Positions 54,666 through 64,000 of a stretch of DNA of 64,000 nt are shown piece by piece. The translations under genes and the position numbers were made by a program. The notes under the pieces are model-generated. The model saw only the letters and a program-made list of their open reading frames with translations. It was not told the DNA's origin and did no database searches. Source of the DNA: Trypanosoma brucei (taxonomy: Eukaryota); assembly GCA_000002445.1 (NCBI GenBank), contig CH464491.1, positions 4,000,001 to 4,064,000 on the forward strand, given 5' to 3'. Numbering within the stretch: position 1 is the first letter of the stretch; every line of letters begins with the position of its first letter.

Positions 54666-55015
54666 CTTTCTCGGTAGAATTCAGTAGTTAAAAAAACAGC
54701 GCACGGAATTAGGTGGAATTATCATGAAAGTGCGCCACAGCTGCACTGTTTTCCCTCTTCAGATAAGGCTGAAGTGTTGGCCAACCCCTACGCTATAACA
54801 ATAACAACATAAAGCAAGCGGAACGCATTAGGCGAAAAGGTGGTGGTGACCACATTCTCACATTTACCGAACAGCGAGCTTGCTAACAAAGATATAGGGC
54901 CGTCTCGGTTCCGGTGCAAGCGGGACACAACCCACCTTTCGATCACGGCCGCCCGCAGCGGCGATGGAAAAGTGGTTGGTCACTTTCCTACCCACATCAA
55001 CACGAGAAAATGAAA

Positions 55016-55100
55016 TATGATTACTTAATAATAATAATAATATAAAAATAATAATATAATAATATAATAATAATAACGACAATAATGATTGTAATAATTG
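55016..55100. repeat. AAT/ATA-rich low-complexity tract
   Basis: 'aataataataataatataaaaataataatataataatataataataataacgacaataatgattgtaataattgtggtaataaa' in the spacer upstream (5') of the Fmt gene. Confidence 0.85.
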
Positions 55101-55235
55101 TGGTAATAAAATGAAAAGAGGTAGCACAAAATACTCCCTTCTTTGATAATTGAAAAACCTGGGTATGCACAAGAGCACACACCGACGCTCGCGTCCCGAC
55201 GCGAAGAAAGCGAACAGAGAAACAAAACGGAGTTA

Positions 55236-55865
55236 TTAAGCTTTTTCTTCGGCAGCACCGTCCCCCTCGTCCGCTTTGCCCTCGTTTTCTTCATCGGAAT
55301 CGTCTGCATCGGACAACTTGCCATCCTTCTTAGCCAACTCCCACCACGATGTCTCTTCAGCCTTTGCCAGTCGGATCACAATCTGCCCACTCGGGTCCTT
55401 GACTTTGTAGCTGCTTTCTTTGCTCTTTATTGCCTTTGCCAAACAAAGAACAAGTTGTTTCCTTCGCTGCGTTGCGACATCCTTCGAGGTCTGCACATTC
55501 GCAATGTACGACACTGTCAAACGGCGTTTTCCGAATTCCACCTGTAGCGTGTCTTCCACCATTGTTTCTTTTTCATCCAGTTTTGTGTCAATGTATACCG
55601 TAACATTCTTCTTACCGTCACACCAGCTGTGCTTCGTGATCGGATAACTTGCTGTGGAAGCTGGCAACACCGATGGGTCGGACTTCTTCAGCAAAACAGG
55701 TTTCGGCATAGGCGCAACATCGCCTACCTTCGCTCGTTCTTTCTCGTGGTTATGCCAGTAATAATAGGAGTTAGCTTGCTTCTTCTTAGCTGCGGAGTCG
55801 TGCTGCTCATTTTGGGTAGGTGGAATGGCTTCAGTGCCAGCCACTGCCTCCGTATCGGCCATCAC
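55236..55865 (-). CDS. CS-domain (p23/NudC/Sgt1-like HSP20-fold) protein with acidic C-terminal tail (209 aa)
   Basis: 'YPITKHSWCDGKKNVTVYID' and the terminal '...IVIRLAKAEETSWWELAKK' match the CS-domain pattern (Y.W.Q...V.V.I ... K....WW..L). The acidic tail DADDSDEENEGKADEGD is as in p23 co-chaperones. Confidence 0.6.
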   Translation of the reverse strand: MMADTEAVAGTEAIPPTQNEQHDSAAKKKQANSYYYWHNHEKERAKVGDVAPMPKPVLLKKSDPSVLPASTASYPITKHSWCDGKKNVTVYIDTKLDEKETMVEDTLQVEFGKRRLTVSYIANVQTSKDVATQRRKQLVLCLAKAIKSKESSYKVKDPSGQIVIRLAKAEETSWWELAKKDGKLSDADDSDEENEGKADEGDGAAEEKA

Positions 55866-56136
55866 CTACTCAGATTACTTCTTAGACTTCACGCACACAA
55901 CAGCTATACTAAGTACGTTGAAGGTTGCAATGTAAAAGGTGAGGAACTCGGTTTAGAACAATATGATTAGAGAAATTAGGGGCAAAAACTCAACGGGTGT
56001 TCATGCAAACAAAATAACAATGATCATAATCGCAACGTAACACAACTCTCGTCCCGACGGCAAAACCTTAGCAACACCAGTGTGTGCAAAAACTGTTTAC
56101 CCCGCCCAATCACTCCAATTTGGGGAAACAGAAGCA

Positions 56137-58293
56137 CTACCAGTCATCCCACTCCTCCCCCTCATCATCAACTAGTATATCTGCCTTGGCTTTCACAATG
56201 CGTGATTTACCAACAACAGAGCCCGCATCCTGCCTATCAGAAGGAGCAGCTACACTCTCCAAGCGAGCAACAATACTAGGATTTTCGGAGTGGTCACTCT
56301 CGTCTTCATCAACGAAACTAACTGAGGTAGAAACTATATACTTTTGGTAGACAGTAAGATATTCATCTGCTTGCTTCCGGCAAACGATGCTCCTACAAAC
56401 TCCTTCCTCATGCTCAAGAACCGCAAAAAGCTTAGAAAAATGGGGTGAGTGCCCACAGCATGCTTCCTCCTCAGCTCTGAGACGTGCTTCCTCTTCAGCT
56501 CTGAGACGTGCTTCCTCCTCAGCTCTCAGACGTGCTTCCTCCTCAGCTCTGAGACGTGCTTCCTCTTCAGCTCTCAGACGTGCTTCCTCTTCAGCTCTCA
56601 GACGTGCTTCCTCTTCAGCTCTCAGACGTGCTTCCTCTTCAGCTCTCAGACGTGCTTCCTCTTCAGCTCTCAGACGTGCTTCCTCTTCAGCTCTCAGACG
56701 TGCTTCCTCTTCAGCTCTGAGACGTGCTTCCTCCTCAGCTCTGAGACGTGCTTCCTCTTCAGCTCTCAGACGTGCTTCCTCTTCAGCTCTCAGACGTGCT
56801 TCCTCCTCAGCTCTGAGACGTGCTTCCTCTTCAGCTCTGAGACGTGCTTCCTCTTCAGCTCTGAGACGTGCTTCCTCTTCAGCTCTCAGACGTGCTTCCT
56901 CTTCAGCTCTCAGACGTGCTTCCTCTTCAGCTCTGAGACGTGCTTCCTCTTCAGCTCTCAGACGTGCTTCCTCCTCAGCTCTGAGACGTGCTTCCTCTTC
57001 AGCTCTGAGACGTGCTTCCTCTTCAGCTCTCAGACGTGCTTCCTCTTCAGCTCTGAGACGTGCTTCCTCTTCAGCTCTGAGACGTGCTTCCTCCTCAGCT
57101 CTCAGACGTGCTTCCTCTTCAGCTCTCAGACGTGCTTCCTCTTCAGCTCTCAGACGTGCTTCCTCTTCAGCTCTCAGACGTGCTTCCTCTTCAGCTCTCA
57201 GACGTGCTTCCTCTTCAGCTCTGAGACGTGCTTCCTCCTCAGCTCTGAGACGTGCTTCCTCTTCAGCTCTCAGACGTGCTTCCTCTTCAGCTCTCAGACG
57301 TGCTTCCTCTTCAGCTCTCAGGTGTGTCTCTTCCTCGGAGTTATCTGACGTCTTGCAAATCCTAATAAGATGCTCTTTACCATCGTGTTGTCTCATTTTC
57401 CCTTTCTTAGCAGGTGTGTCACTTTCGTTAATTCGAGGATGGAGTTTGCCGCTGCTGGTGCTTATTTTATTTGTGCATTCATTTTGTACGTATTCTCCTG
57501 TGTGAACTCTGCTTTCCTGTGTGCATTGAGCGTGTAGCAAGCTACTGTTTTTGTTTCCTGTGGGTTGAGCCTCTGATCCTATAATGCGATGCTTCGCGGT
57601 CTTATCGTTATTCTGGTCGTGCTGATGTGCGAACTCGCTAGGGATGTCGTTGCCCACTTGGTTAATAAGGTCGTACTTTTCCTCTCTCAACAGCGTTCCA
57701 ATCTTTTTTACAGTTCCCATATCCGCTGTACATGTTTCCCAAATGCTGTTTATGCGCTGTTGAAGATGAACGATGTTCTCTACATTTATCAACCCAGGTT
57801 GCACTTTGTACTCCTCGAAGATCAATTCACACTTGCGGAGACGCTGATCCACGGCATCTTCCCACCAGGTGTAGACGCTGAGAAAGTCACTTGTATGCGT
57901 TATTTTTTCCTCTAGGCTTAATTGAAGGAGGAACTGCGCCTCTCCGTGGATACGTTTGGAAGTGAGAGTTATAAGACTGACAGACTCCGTAATGTATCGA
58001 AACAATTCTTCTGGTTCCAGAGATGTACGCTTTTCTTCCGCAAGACATAAAAGTGGTGGCGGTTTTTCATATTCGCCAGCCAGTTCGGCACTGCCAGCGC
58101 CAGAGTCGAGTACAACAGGGGATGATGTGAGTTTGTTCATCCAACCGACGACGTGCTCCTCGAGGAGGGAAAACCCCGAGCTCATTGCTGCACTTCGTTG
58201 CTGTTTCTGTTCAGGTGCAGCGGCGAGCTCGTCTCGCGTTGGGGCAACCGTGCGCCGAGCCGCGTTCTTTATGTCTATTAAAAAGTTCCACAT
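56137..58293 (-). CDS. Repetitive charged protein (718 aa) with ~36 tandem 8-aa 'EEARLRAE' repeats (predicted ER/K single alpha-helix) flanked by unique N- and C-terminal domains
   Basis: Uninterrupted ORF. Central 24-bp-periodic array encodes (EEARLRAE)n with only synonymous unit variants. Flanking domains are non-repetitive. Confidence 0.8.
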   Translation of the reverse strand: MWNFLIDIKNAARRTVAPTRDELAAAPEQKQQRSAAMSSGFSLLEEHVVGWMNKLTSSPVVLDSGAGSAELAGEYEKPPPLLCLAEEKRTSLEPEELFRYITESVSLITLTSKRIHGEAQFLLQLSLEEKITHTSDFLSVYTWWEDAVDQRLRKCELIFEEYKVQPGLINVENIVHLQQRINSIWETCTADMGTVKKIGTLLREEKYDLINQVGNDIPSEFAHQHDQNNDKTAKHRIIGSEAQPTGNKNSSLLHAQCTQESRVHTGEYVQNECTNKISTSSGKLHPRINESDTPAKKGKMRQHDGKEHLIRICKTSDNSEEETHLRAEEEARLRAEEEARLRAEEEARLRAEEEARLRAEEEARLRAEEEARLRAEEEARLRAEEEARLRAEEEARLRAEEEARLRAEEEARLRAEEEARLRAEEEARLRAEEEARLRAEEEARLRAEEEARLRAEEEARLRAEEEARLRAEEEARLRAEEEARLRAEEEARLRAEEEARLRAEEEARLRAEEEARLRAEEEARLRAEEEARLRAEEEARLRAEEEARLRAEEEARLRAEEEARLRAEEEARLRAEEEARLRAEEEARLRAEEEARLRAEEEARLRAEEEACCGHSPHFSKLFAVLEHEEGVCRSIVCRKQADEYLTVYQKYIVSTSVSFVDEDESDHSENPSIVARLESVAAPSDRQDAGSVVGKSRIVKAKADILVDDEGEEWDDW
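56461..57324 (-). repeat. Coding tandem repeat: 24-bp unit 'tgcttcctc(t/c)tcagctct(c/g)agacg' x ~36 (8-aa EEARLRAE)
   Basis: Exact 24-bp periodicity visible over ~860 bp. Only two synonymous polymorphic positions per unit. Confidence 0.95.
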
Positions 58294-58830
58294 GATATAG
58301 AAGTGACGGAAGGAAGTCTCGTGCTAGTGGACGACGGGTAATTTTCTCGTTCTCTAAGCAAACACGAATTCCCTGCCGTAGATGTACGCGAGCGCTCAGC
58401 CCACAACGTTGTGCGGGGAGCGTGTCTTCTTACCCTTTTTTTTTAGCAGAGGACCGAGGGAAAGGAGAGGGGGGGGGGCGAGAAAGCGAATAAAAATTGG
58501 GACAGTATGTGGAATTCATGAATGCTCATGTATACCCCAGAGCACGGAGAATGTAGAACATAGACAAGTGGTCTTTCCGTCTCTCCATCCGTTCGCGGAA
58601 TTTGATACAAATTGGCGTTAAGAATGTAACCTTCAGAAAAGGGTGGTGGTGGTGGTGGTGATGTAAGGAAAAAGCGGCCGCGAGCCCACGCGCTCCATTG
58701 AATTGGATAAACGATATGTGCGAGGCTACACGAAAGGGGAGCTAAAGGGAAACTAATAAAACAGCGACCGCACAACAACTTGTTGTGGAAATGAAAGATT
58801 GGTGGTCTTAAAAAGTTCTCACCACTGCGG

Positions 58831-59682
58831 TTAAGCCGGGTACATATTGTCCTTGAAAAACCCATCTGGTCTGTACAATGGATGAATACGCGTCCCACCA
58901 ACCATCGTACTGAATTTCCCCCATGGGAATTCCCCGGACGGTTGCTCTAGAGTTGTCGGCATAGGCGGACCCGTACGCAAGTGCGGCAGCGCGTAGTATC
59001 GCTCCATTGTTGTTGTTCTTAATATTCCTCGCTCGTGTGCTGCCTTCCTATAGGCTTTCTTTTTATTCTGTAGCACGATATCTTCCGCAAGCATTACGAC
59101 GTGCTGCAACAGGCCGTGTGGAACTACACCCATTTCCTCTTCTCCCCACTCCAACAGTTCCGACGTGGCATCGCAAGCCTGTTGAATAGTGCGCAGTCCC
59201 GTGCGCTCCTCCACCACTTTCAAGTGTCTTTCAATTTCCTTTCGCGACCACGCCCTACTTGTGTACTGATGAATGAAGGGAGCCATGAAGCTTAGCGGAA
59301 AGTGACTGGGTAGGCCGTACTCCTGTCCTACCTCCGCGTAGTAGTTCCAGAGAGGAACACCCTCATTCGCTCCCGTCACAGCAGCCGAAAATGTACGTCT
59401 GCAACTCAACTCCTGATGCTGCCGCACAGGGTCGTCATTCCAACGCGCCCACGGCCAATGACGGTATGCTCCGCGTCGTCGAAGCCGGTGGTACCATTCC
59501 ACTCCAGTACGCGGGTCCCACGTGTTGCCGTACTCATCAGGTGACTTGTTAGCGAGTGGTGAGCGGGCGTGGGCAAGTTTCGGTGGGAGGTACCAAGCGC
59601 GGTGTCGACGGTGGGCGTACACCATAACACGGTTCTCATAGCCCTTTGCACGAGACCCAAGGGCCGGAAAGGTCGGACGCAT
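58831..59682 (-). CDS. Hypothetical basic, Trp/Arg-rich protein (283 aa)
   Basis: Uninterrupted ORF co-oriented with neighbours. No recognisable domain. An overlapping 192-aa ORF (59406..59984) in another frame is judged less likely. Confidence 0.45.
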   Translation of the reverse strand: MRPTFPALGSRAKGYENRVMVYAHRRHRAWYLPPKLAHARSPLANKSPDEYGNTWDPRTGVEWYHRLRRRGAYRHWPWARWNDDPVRQHQELSCRRTFSAAVTGANEGVPLWNYYAEVGQEYGLPSHFPLSFMAPFIHQYTSRAWSRKEIERHLKVVEERTGLRTIQQACDATSELLEWGEEEMGVVPHGLLQHVVMLAEDIVLQNKKKAYRKAAHERGILRTTTMERYYALPHLRTGPPMPTTLEQPSGEFPWGKFSTMVGGTRIHPLYRPDGFFKDNMYPA

Positions 59683-60398
59683 TGCGAAACTGCAATGATG
59701 CTTGCACTATTTACCCTGGCGTGTGGAAAGGTCCAGTTTATTGTATCAGCTGTTGCCACCCGCTGATTCGCTTGCAGTGCAAAAGACAGAACCACATTTA
59801 AGCAAGGAAACGAAAGGAAAGAAGTGATGTTTGAAGTGCAAAAGAGGATATGTTGGCCCGCGAAGGGCACTGCGATAAGATATGCACCACACATATATCT
59901 ATCCAGGTCCGCGTGCGGCCGTATGTCGCGTATCATCCCTTCACCAGGAAGGTTGAATAAAAGTTGATGCATATATTGGACCACATATTTGTTATTGTAA
60001 TTGCCGGTTTGGTAGCTGCATTAACAAGCCGATTCATAGAAAAAAAAACAAAAAAAGTTTTTTTTTTAAAAAAGTAAACCAATAGTGAACAAGACAGGGA
60101 GAAAAAAAAAGCTTCTTGCGGACGTAAGAGGGAAGTGGTTTAGCAACAAAAAAGCCCAAACTAGAATAGCTATGAAAAAAAATAATAATCAGTGAAACAA
60201 AGAAAGCTGACCATGAGAACCTCTTTTCTCTTTTGCCCACTTTTGTGAGACACAGAAGCAAAAAGGCAACGTTGTGACAAGGAAGCGCACCATCAGCAGC
60301 GCCACTGCAATAGATGCAAGGGTTCCATCCCAATGCTGACGCCTCTTCAGCTGCGTAACTGTAAAAATTGAAACGAATGAGGATGGATTAAAATACCT

Positions 60399-61268
60399 TC
60401 AACTCAGCTCGCGTTGCTCTGCACGCCACAAAGTACGGCGTGGAAGCCGCGGCCTGATTATCGTGAGATCACAAGAAATGGACGACGGCCGCGGAGTCGC
60501 TACAGCTGCCGCCGAAGGTCTGAAGGCAGCGGAATGCGCCTCCAGTTGCTCATCGTCGAAAGTGATAACCTTCCGCTTCCGCTTTCCCAATGTGTCATTC
60601 GCATCTTTGCCAACATTAAGCTCTACTCGAGCTGCAGAGACATGTCTCGGCTCTGGAACCGCACCCGCTGCTTCGTCGCCAGTGTTCGACACGGCGGCTT
60701 CAGCGCATTTGAAGTGAACAACAAACGAATGTCTGAACCCTTTCTTGGAGTCTCCCCATCCATCCCCAATGCTTGATGGGCTTTGGTTTTGCTCACAGCA
60801 CAGGTGGTGGTGTTTGATCGCTTCCTCAATTTTCCTTCTTAGGCTCAAGGCAGCGTCTCGGAGCTTCGCTGGGGATATAATTTCGTACGAGGACCGCACT
60901 GTTTTTTTCACGGCAGACACCGCTGGATGAGGCGGCAACTCCGAGCGAAGAATGTCTTCAATTTCTCGGGTTAACGCCTCCCGTGAGCTTGCAAGTGCTT
61001 CTACTGCACCAACACACCGGTGTCGCTGCTCCTCCAATGTGCTTTTCTTCACAGAAACCTCCCTTGAGGCTTCTTCATGCTGCTCCTGTAGCTCGCGCAT
61101 AGATTCCTGTGCTGTTTTTATCTCAACTTCCGCAGTGGCGATAAGAAGGCGAAGAGCCCTAATTTCTTCTTCCTCTGTGTTGGCCTTCAACTGCGCAGCG
61201 CAGAGCATGTCATAAATTCTCTCCACAGAATCAACTGAAGGGGAGGGGGACCGCTTGACCATACTCAC
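60399..61268 (-). CDS. Hypothetical coiled-coil protein (289 aa)
   Basis: ORF with heptad-like helical sequence in the N-terminal half (ALRLLIATAEVEIKTAQESMRELQEQHEEASREV). Co-oriented with neighbours. Confidence 0.5.
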   Translation of the reverse strand: MSMVKRSPSPSVDSVERIYDMLCAAQLKANTEEEEIRALRLLIATAEVEIKTAQESMRELQEQHEEASREVSVKKSTLEEQRHRCVGAVEALASSREALTREIEDILRSELPPHPAVSAVKKTVRSSYEIISPAKLRDAALSLRRKIEEAIKHHHLCCEQNQSPSSIGDGWGDSKKGFRHSFVVHFKCAEAAVSNTGDEAAGAVPEPRHVSAARVELNVGKDANDTLGKRKRKVITFDDEQLEAHSAAFRPSAAAVATPRPSSISCDLTIIRPRLPRRTLWRAEQRELS

Positions 61269-61641
61269 CTCCCTTTGCCTTGTGCAGTGACTTGCGTTTT
61301 GGTGACGATACGTACAAATGTAATAATACGATAAATGGTGCTGTAAAAATGGCAGAAAAAAAGAGAAAGTGGGGTTATGCTCATGTTAGTACTATACAGC
61401 GTCATCGGTCCGGGGGCAGAGTTGTATCAAAATAAAATTCTTGATACACCTTTTTGATGTCAAGTCAATTGTCAATGTCGCTTCCATCAAGAGTTACGCG
61501 CTTTCCTGCACCTTTCAAAACAAGCATCCACAATTCCGCCCACAGTTGTAGTTGACAAAGACGTGCGGGAGATGCTGGGAAGACAGCCACCCTAGATGAG
61601 CAAGGTAACAAATTACGCATTCCCCTCCCCCCCCTGTATAC

Positions 61642-63951
61642 TTAGGAAGTGGCATAGCGCCAAACGTCCTCCAAAATACACGCGGCAGCCTGATGAAAGA
61701 GGGAAAATGACCCACAGCTTCCTTTTGACTGCTGCTGCTGCTGCTGCTGAAGTGCGACCACCTCGGCCTCCCGCCCAACTTCATCACCTTCAAGCAGCAA
61801 CACTTCTTGTACCAGGGAGTCACGCGTGGTGCCTTTAATCAAATGGCGTCTAATGGTGTAGAACGCCGTCATTACGGATGCCTCATCTTCATCGCTATCC
61901 AATGTTGAGCAAGTCGCATCGCAAAAATCATCTCGCAAAACTGAAAGGGGGAAAACCGTCATCCTGGAGGTGAATACTGGTTTATCATCCTTCTGTCTCA
62001 TGTTTATTTGCGGTTTCTTCCGGAACAAAGAACAGCCACCAACCTTCTTTATTTCGTACTTTACCGAAGCACGTGGTCCACCTCCAAGGGAGGTGAGTCC
62101 TTGCAATACCTTGAGACAATCCACATGCACAGAACTGGTACCACCACCATTGTGGAAGTTGTGACTTAACGACGCCGTCTTCCCACGAATGGTACCGCCA
62201 TCAACCTTACCACCCACTTGTCCGCACAATGTGTTGTGCCAGGAATGTTGAAACCAGCCTACGCCATACCGTCTCGAGTTTACCACATCTCCGTCACCGT
62301 CATCATTGCATATCAGCGAGAAGAGGCAGTGGCAGCCCGCCCCACGAATCTTATTCCGCACATGAGCCTCTGCAACAACAATATGGCTTGCTGCCACGCA
62401 CCACATTATGTCAAGCGGAAGAGTAGTGACATCTCTATGCCATACAAACCCTCCAGAGCCAGCTTTCTTATAATTAAATGGCAGGCAGACGGAACAGCCA
62501 CAAGCGCAAGATGAGGGAGGAGCAGTTGCTTTAGTCGGTACCTCATCTTCACCTGCGGGTGCAGCACGGAGGTTCTCCGCTTCAGCGCGATTTATCTCCT
62601 GCAGTAATTCATGAAACCGCGAGGTTGGATGACTAACCTCCACACATAGTGCTAAATGCGATGCGAAAATATCAGTATTCCCTTGGGCTGGTCGGACAGC
62701 CGTGTGAACAGGCGCTAAGGTTTCTGTTTCCGCGCTGCCATGACCGCTGCCTTCCAAATACCTTATTGCGCCACCAGTTCTGACAACCGTCCTTGAAGTG
62801 GCGAGACGTTTCCTCACGAACTGAATAAATCGCTCGTGATCCATTACACCACCACTCCCTTGTGTCTCCACAACAAAACCAAGCACGCAACAGAGAGCGC
62901 TTCCAACGCTTGTAAGAACAACGTTAAAAGGAACGCTACCACCGCAGCACCGGAGAGAGATCTCGCGGACGTGAATAAGTTGCAGGGGATGTGGTGACCC
63001 GCTTTGCGTTTCGTCATATGGCCAACAACTTAGTTGTTCAACAGCCAAAGCAGCGATGAGGAAACGGTCTCTGTGGTCACTTTTGCCAAAGAATGAGGAT
63101 GAGGCACAAAGAAGACCACTTGCAGAGAAAAATGCAACAAAAGGCAGTGCATCACTGTCCGGGGCCCAAAGCTGTTCGCACGACTTCACCTCAATACTGT
63201 ACGTCGCCGCAAGTGATTGAGCAATGACCGCAAACAAACACTGACATGAGCATTGTGCAAGTCCTTCCAACAACCGTAGGCTCTTACGGTCAGCGGTTGG
63301 TAACGAGGATACGGGGGACTTGTATGTGCAGGGGCCCACACGACAAAAAAGGAAACTGATAGGCACAATATCCTGTGAAACGAAAAATAGGAGGGCCTTA
63401 CGCCGTGCCAATAGGCGCCGGCGAGCTACAGACTCTGCTTTGCTTTTTCCTTGTATTTTGCTATCTGTTGCCTCCCAAGCGACGACGCGCCGCTCAAGGC
63501 CATCGGTATCGGGTACATTTCCACCTGCAAGTCCGTCGTACTCCAAAACGTCCTTTCCAGCGTGAGCCATTCCATCACCGCGCGGATTCCCTTTATCAGT
63601 GGGTGACGAAGTCACAGAGAGTGCATCAAGTAGCATCTGCATCCCACTACCACTTGTGCGACAGAGGACGTCCAACACACAGTCAAGTGTGAGTTCCAGC
63701 TCCCCTTCCGTTACGGCTGTTCCACCAACTGCAATTGTCACATCGCCTAATTCACCACCCATTCTCTGCTGGTGTAGGAGAACCAGCATTTCCTCCGCAT
63801 GTTCGTCACTGGTGCTACGGAAACAGTGAAAAACGCGAGATGCGAGCGGCGCCTGAAATAACTGATCTATGTCACTTAAAAAAGGGAGAGGGCCGAGTGA
63901 TGGCGCGAAGAGCCGTCGGCCATCGCTCGACTGAAGGTGAATCCACGGCAT
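61642..63951 (-). CDS. Hypothetical protein (769 aa) with a short polyQ tract and scattered Cys/His clusters
   Basis: Long uninterrupted ORF whose start codon is 49 nt from the window edge. Contains QQQQQQQ and C-x2-C spacing (CSCQC, CACGCSVC). No confident domain call. Confidence 0.55.
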   Translation of the reverse strand: MPWIHLQSSDGRRLFAPSLGPLPFLSDIDQLFQAPLASRVFHCFRSTSDEHAEEMLVLLHQQRMGGELGDVTIAVGGTAVTEGELELTLDCVLDVLCRTSGSGMQMLLDALSVTSSPTDKGNPRGDGMAHAGKDVLEYDGLAGGNVPDTDGLERRVVAWEATDSKIQGKSKAESVARRRLLARRKALLFFVSQDIVPISFLFCRVGPCTYKSPVSSLPTADRKSLRLLEGLAQCSCQCLFAVIAQSLAATYSIEVKSCEQLWAPDSDALPFVAFFSASGLLCASSSFFGKSDHRDRFLIAALAVEQLSCWPYDETQSGSPHPLQLIHVREISLRCCGGSVPFNVVLTSVGSALCCVLGFVVETQGSGGVMDHERFIQFVRKRLATSRTVVRTGGAIRYLEGSGHGSAETETLAPVHTAVRPAQGNTDIFASHLALCVEVSHPTSRFHELLQEINRAEAENLRAAPAGEDEVPTKATAPPSSCACGCSVCLPFNYKKAGSGGFVWHRDVTTLPLDIMWCVAASHIVVAEAHVRNKIRGAGCHCLFSLICNDDGDGDVVNSRRYGVGWFQHSWHNTLCGQVGGKVDGGTIRGKTASLSHNFHNGGGTSSVHVDCLKVLQGLTSLGGGPRASVKYEIKKVGGCSLFRKKPQINMRQKDDKPVFTSRMTVFPLSVLRDDFCDATCSTLDSDEDEASVMTAFYTIRRHLIKGTTRDSLVQEVLLLEGDEVGREAEVVALQQQQQQQSKGSCGSFSLFHQAAACILEDVWRYATS

Positions 63952-64000
63952 GTTAAAAAGTTAAAGCCGTTTTTCCGAGTTGCGGAACTCACCTATACCC

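Noticed and set aside
56387-57505. Plus-strand ORFs 56387..57505 (372 aa, 'SSALRRA' repeats) and 56449..57348 (299 aa, 'SQTCFLFS' repeats)
   Set aside because: Mirror-image artefacts of the 24-bp EEARLRAE array on the minus strand.
59406-59984. 192-aa minus-strand ORF overlapping gene 58831..59682 in another frame
   Set aside because: It overlaps the longer co-oriented ORF by ~280 nt in a different frame. Only one can be real, and the 283-aa ORF has cleaner spacing to its neighbours. Neither has domain support, so this is a judgement call.
60034-60333. 99-aa ORF with poly-Phe/Leu C-terminus downstream of the coiled-coil gene
   Set aside because: Encoded largely by A-runs / T-runs of the intergenic spacer (aaaaaaaaacaaaaaaag...). 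Translated low-complexity spacer, not a gene.
1-64000. Prokaryotic operon / defense-island interpretation of the same-strand gene array
   Set aside because: No Shine-Dalgarno-type spacing. Intergenic spacers of 0.3-2 kb have poly(Y) tracts. The proteins are eukaryotic: importin-beta, tomosyn R-SNARE, FYVE-PI kinase, Snu114/EFL1-like, Dpy-30, CS domain. A trypanosomatid retroposon signature is present. Co-directionality reflects kinetoplastid polycistronic transcription.

Overview
This 64-kb window looks like trypanosomatid (kinetoplastid) nuclear chromosomal DNA, most likely a Trypanosoma species; the genus and species call is inference. The evidence is: long intron-less ORFs packed head-to-tail on one strand, separated by 0.3-2 kb spacers rich in poly(A)/poly(T) and polypyrimidine tracts (trans-splicing style); moderate GC (~50%); near-identical in-frame tandem repeats inside coding regions; and a retroposon 5' signature typical of ingi/RIME/L1Tc/DIRE elements. 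This is not a prokaryotic locus and I see no CRISPR, operon or defense island. All ~21 supported protein-coding genes lie on the minus strand, so the window sits inside a single directional polycistronic transcription unit with no strand-switch. Recognisable products include: a FYVE-containing PI3/PI4-kinase-family protein; an importin-beta; a tomosyn/Lgl-like protein with a C-terminal R-SNARE motif; an EF-2-family GTPase (Snu114/EFL1-like); a DEAD-box RNA helicase; a methionyl-tRNA formyltransferase with long extensions; an RRM protein; and Dpy-30-, CS-domain-, LYR- and PCI-like small proteins. Two genes stand out. A 2293-aa protein carries about 28.7 nearly identical copies of a 162-bp / 54-aa repeat. 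A 718-aa protein carries about 36 copies of a 24-bp / 8-aa 'EEARLRAE' repeat, which looks like a charged single alpha-helix (ER/K) spacer. The most unusual region is a ~10-kb gene-poor stretch (about 19.8-29.9 kb). It contains the conserved ~79-nt 'Pr77-like' 5' signature of trypanosomatid non-LTR retroposons at 23355-23434 on the plus strand. No intact ORF or poly(A) tail follows it, which suggests a degenerate DIRE/ingi-like relic. Several start codons in the six-frame track are probably over-extended, because poly-T splice-acceptor tracts were translated as poly-Phe.
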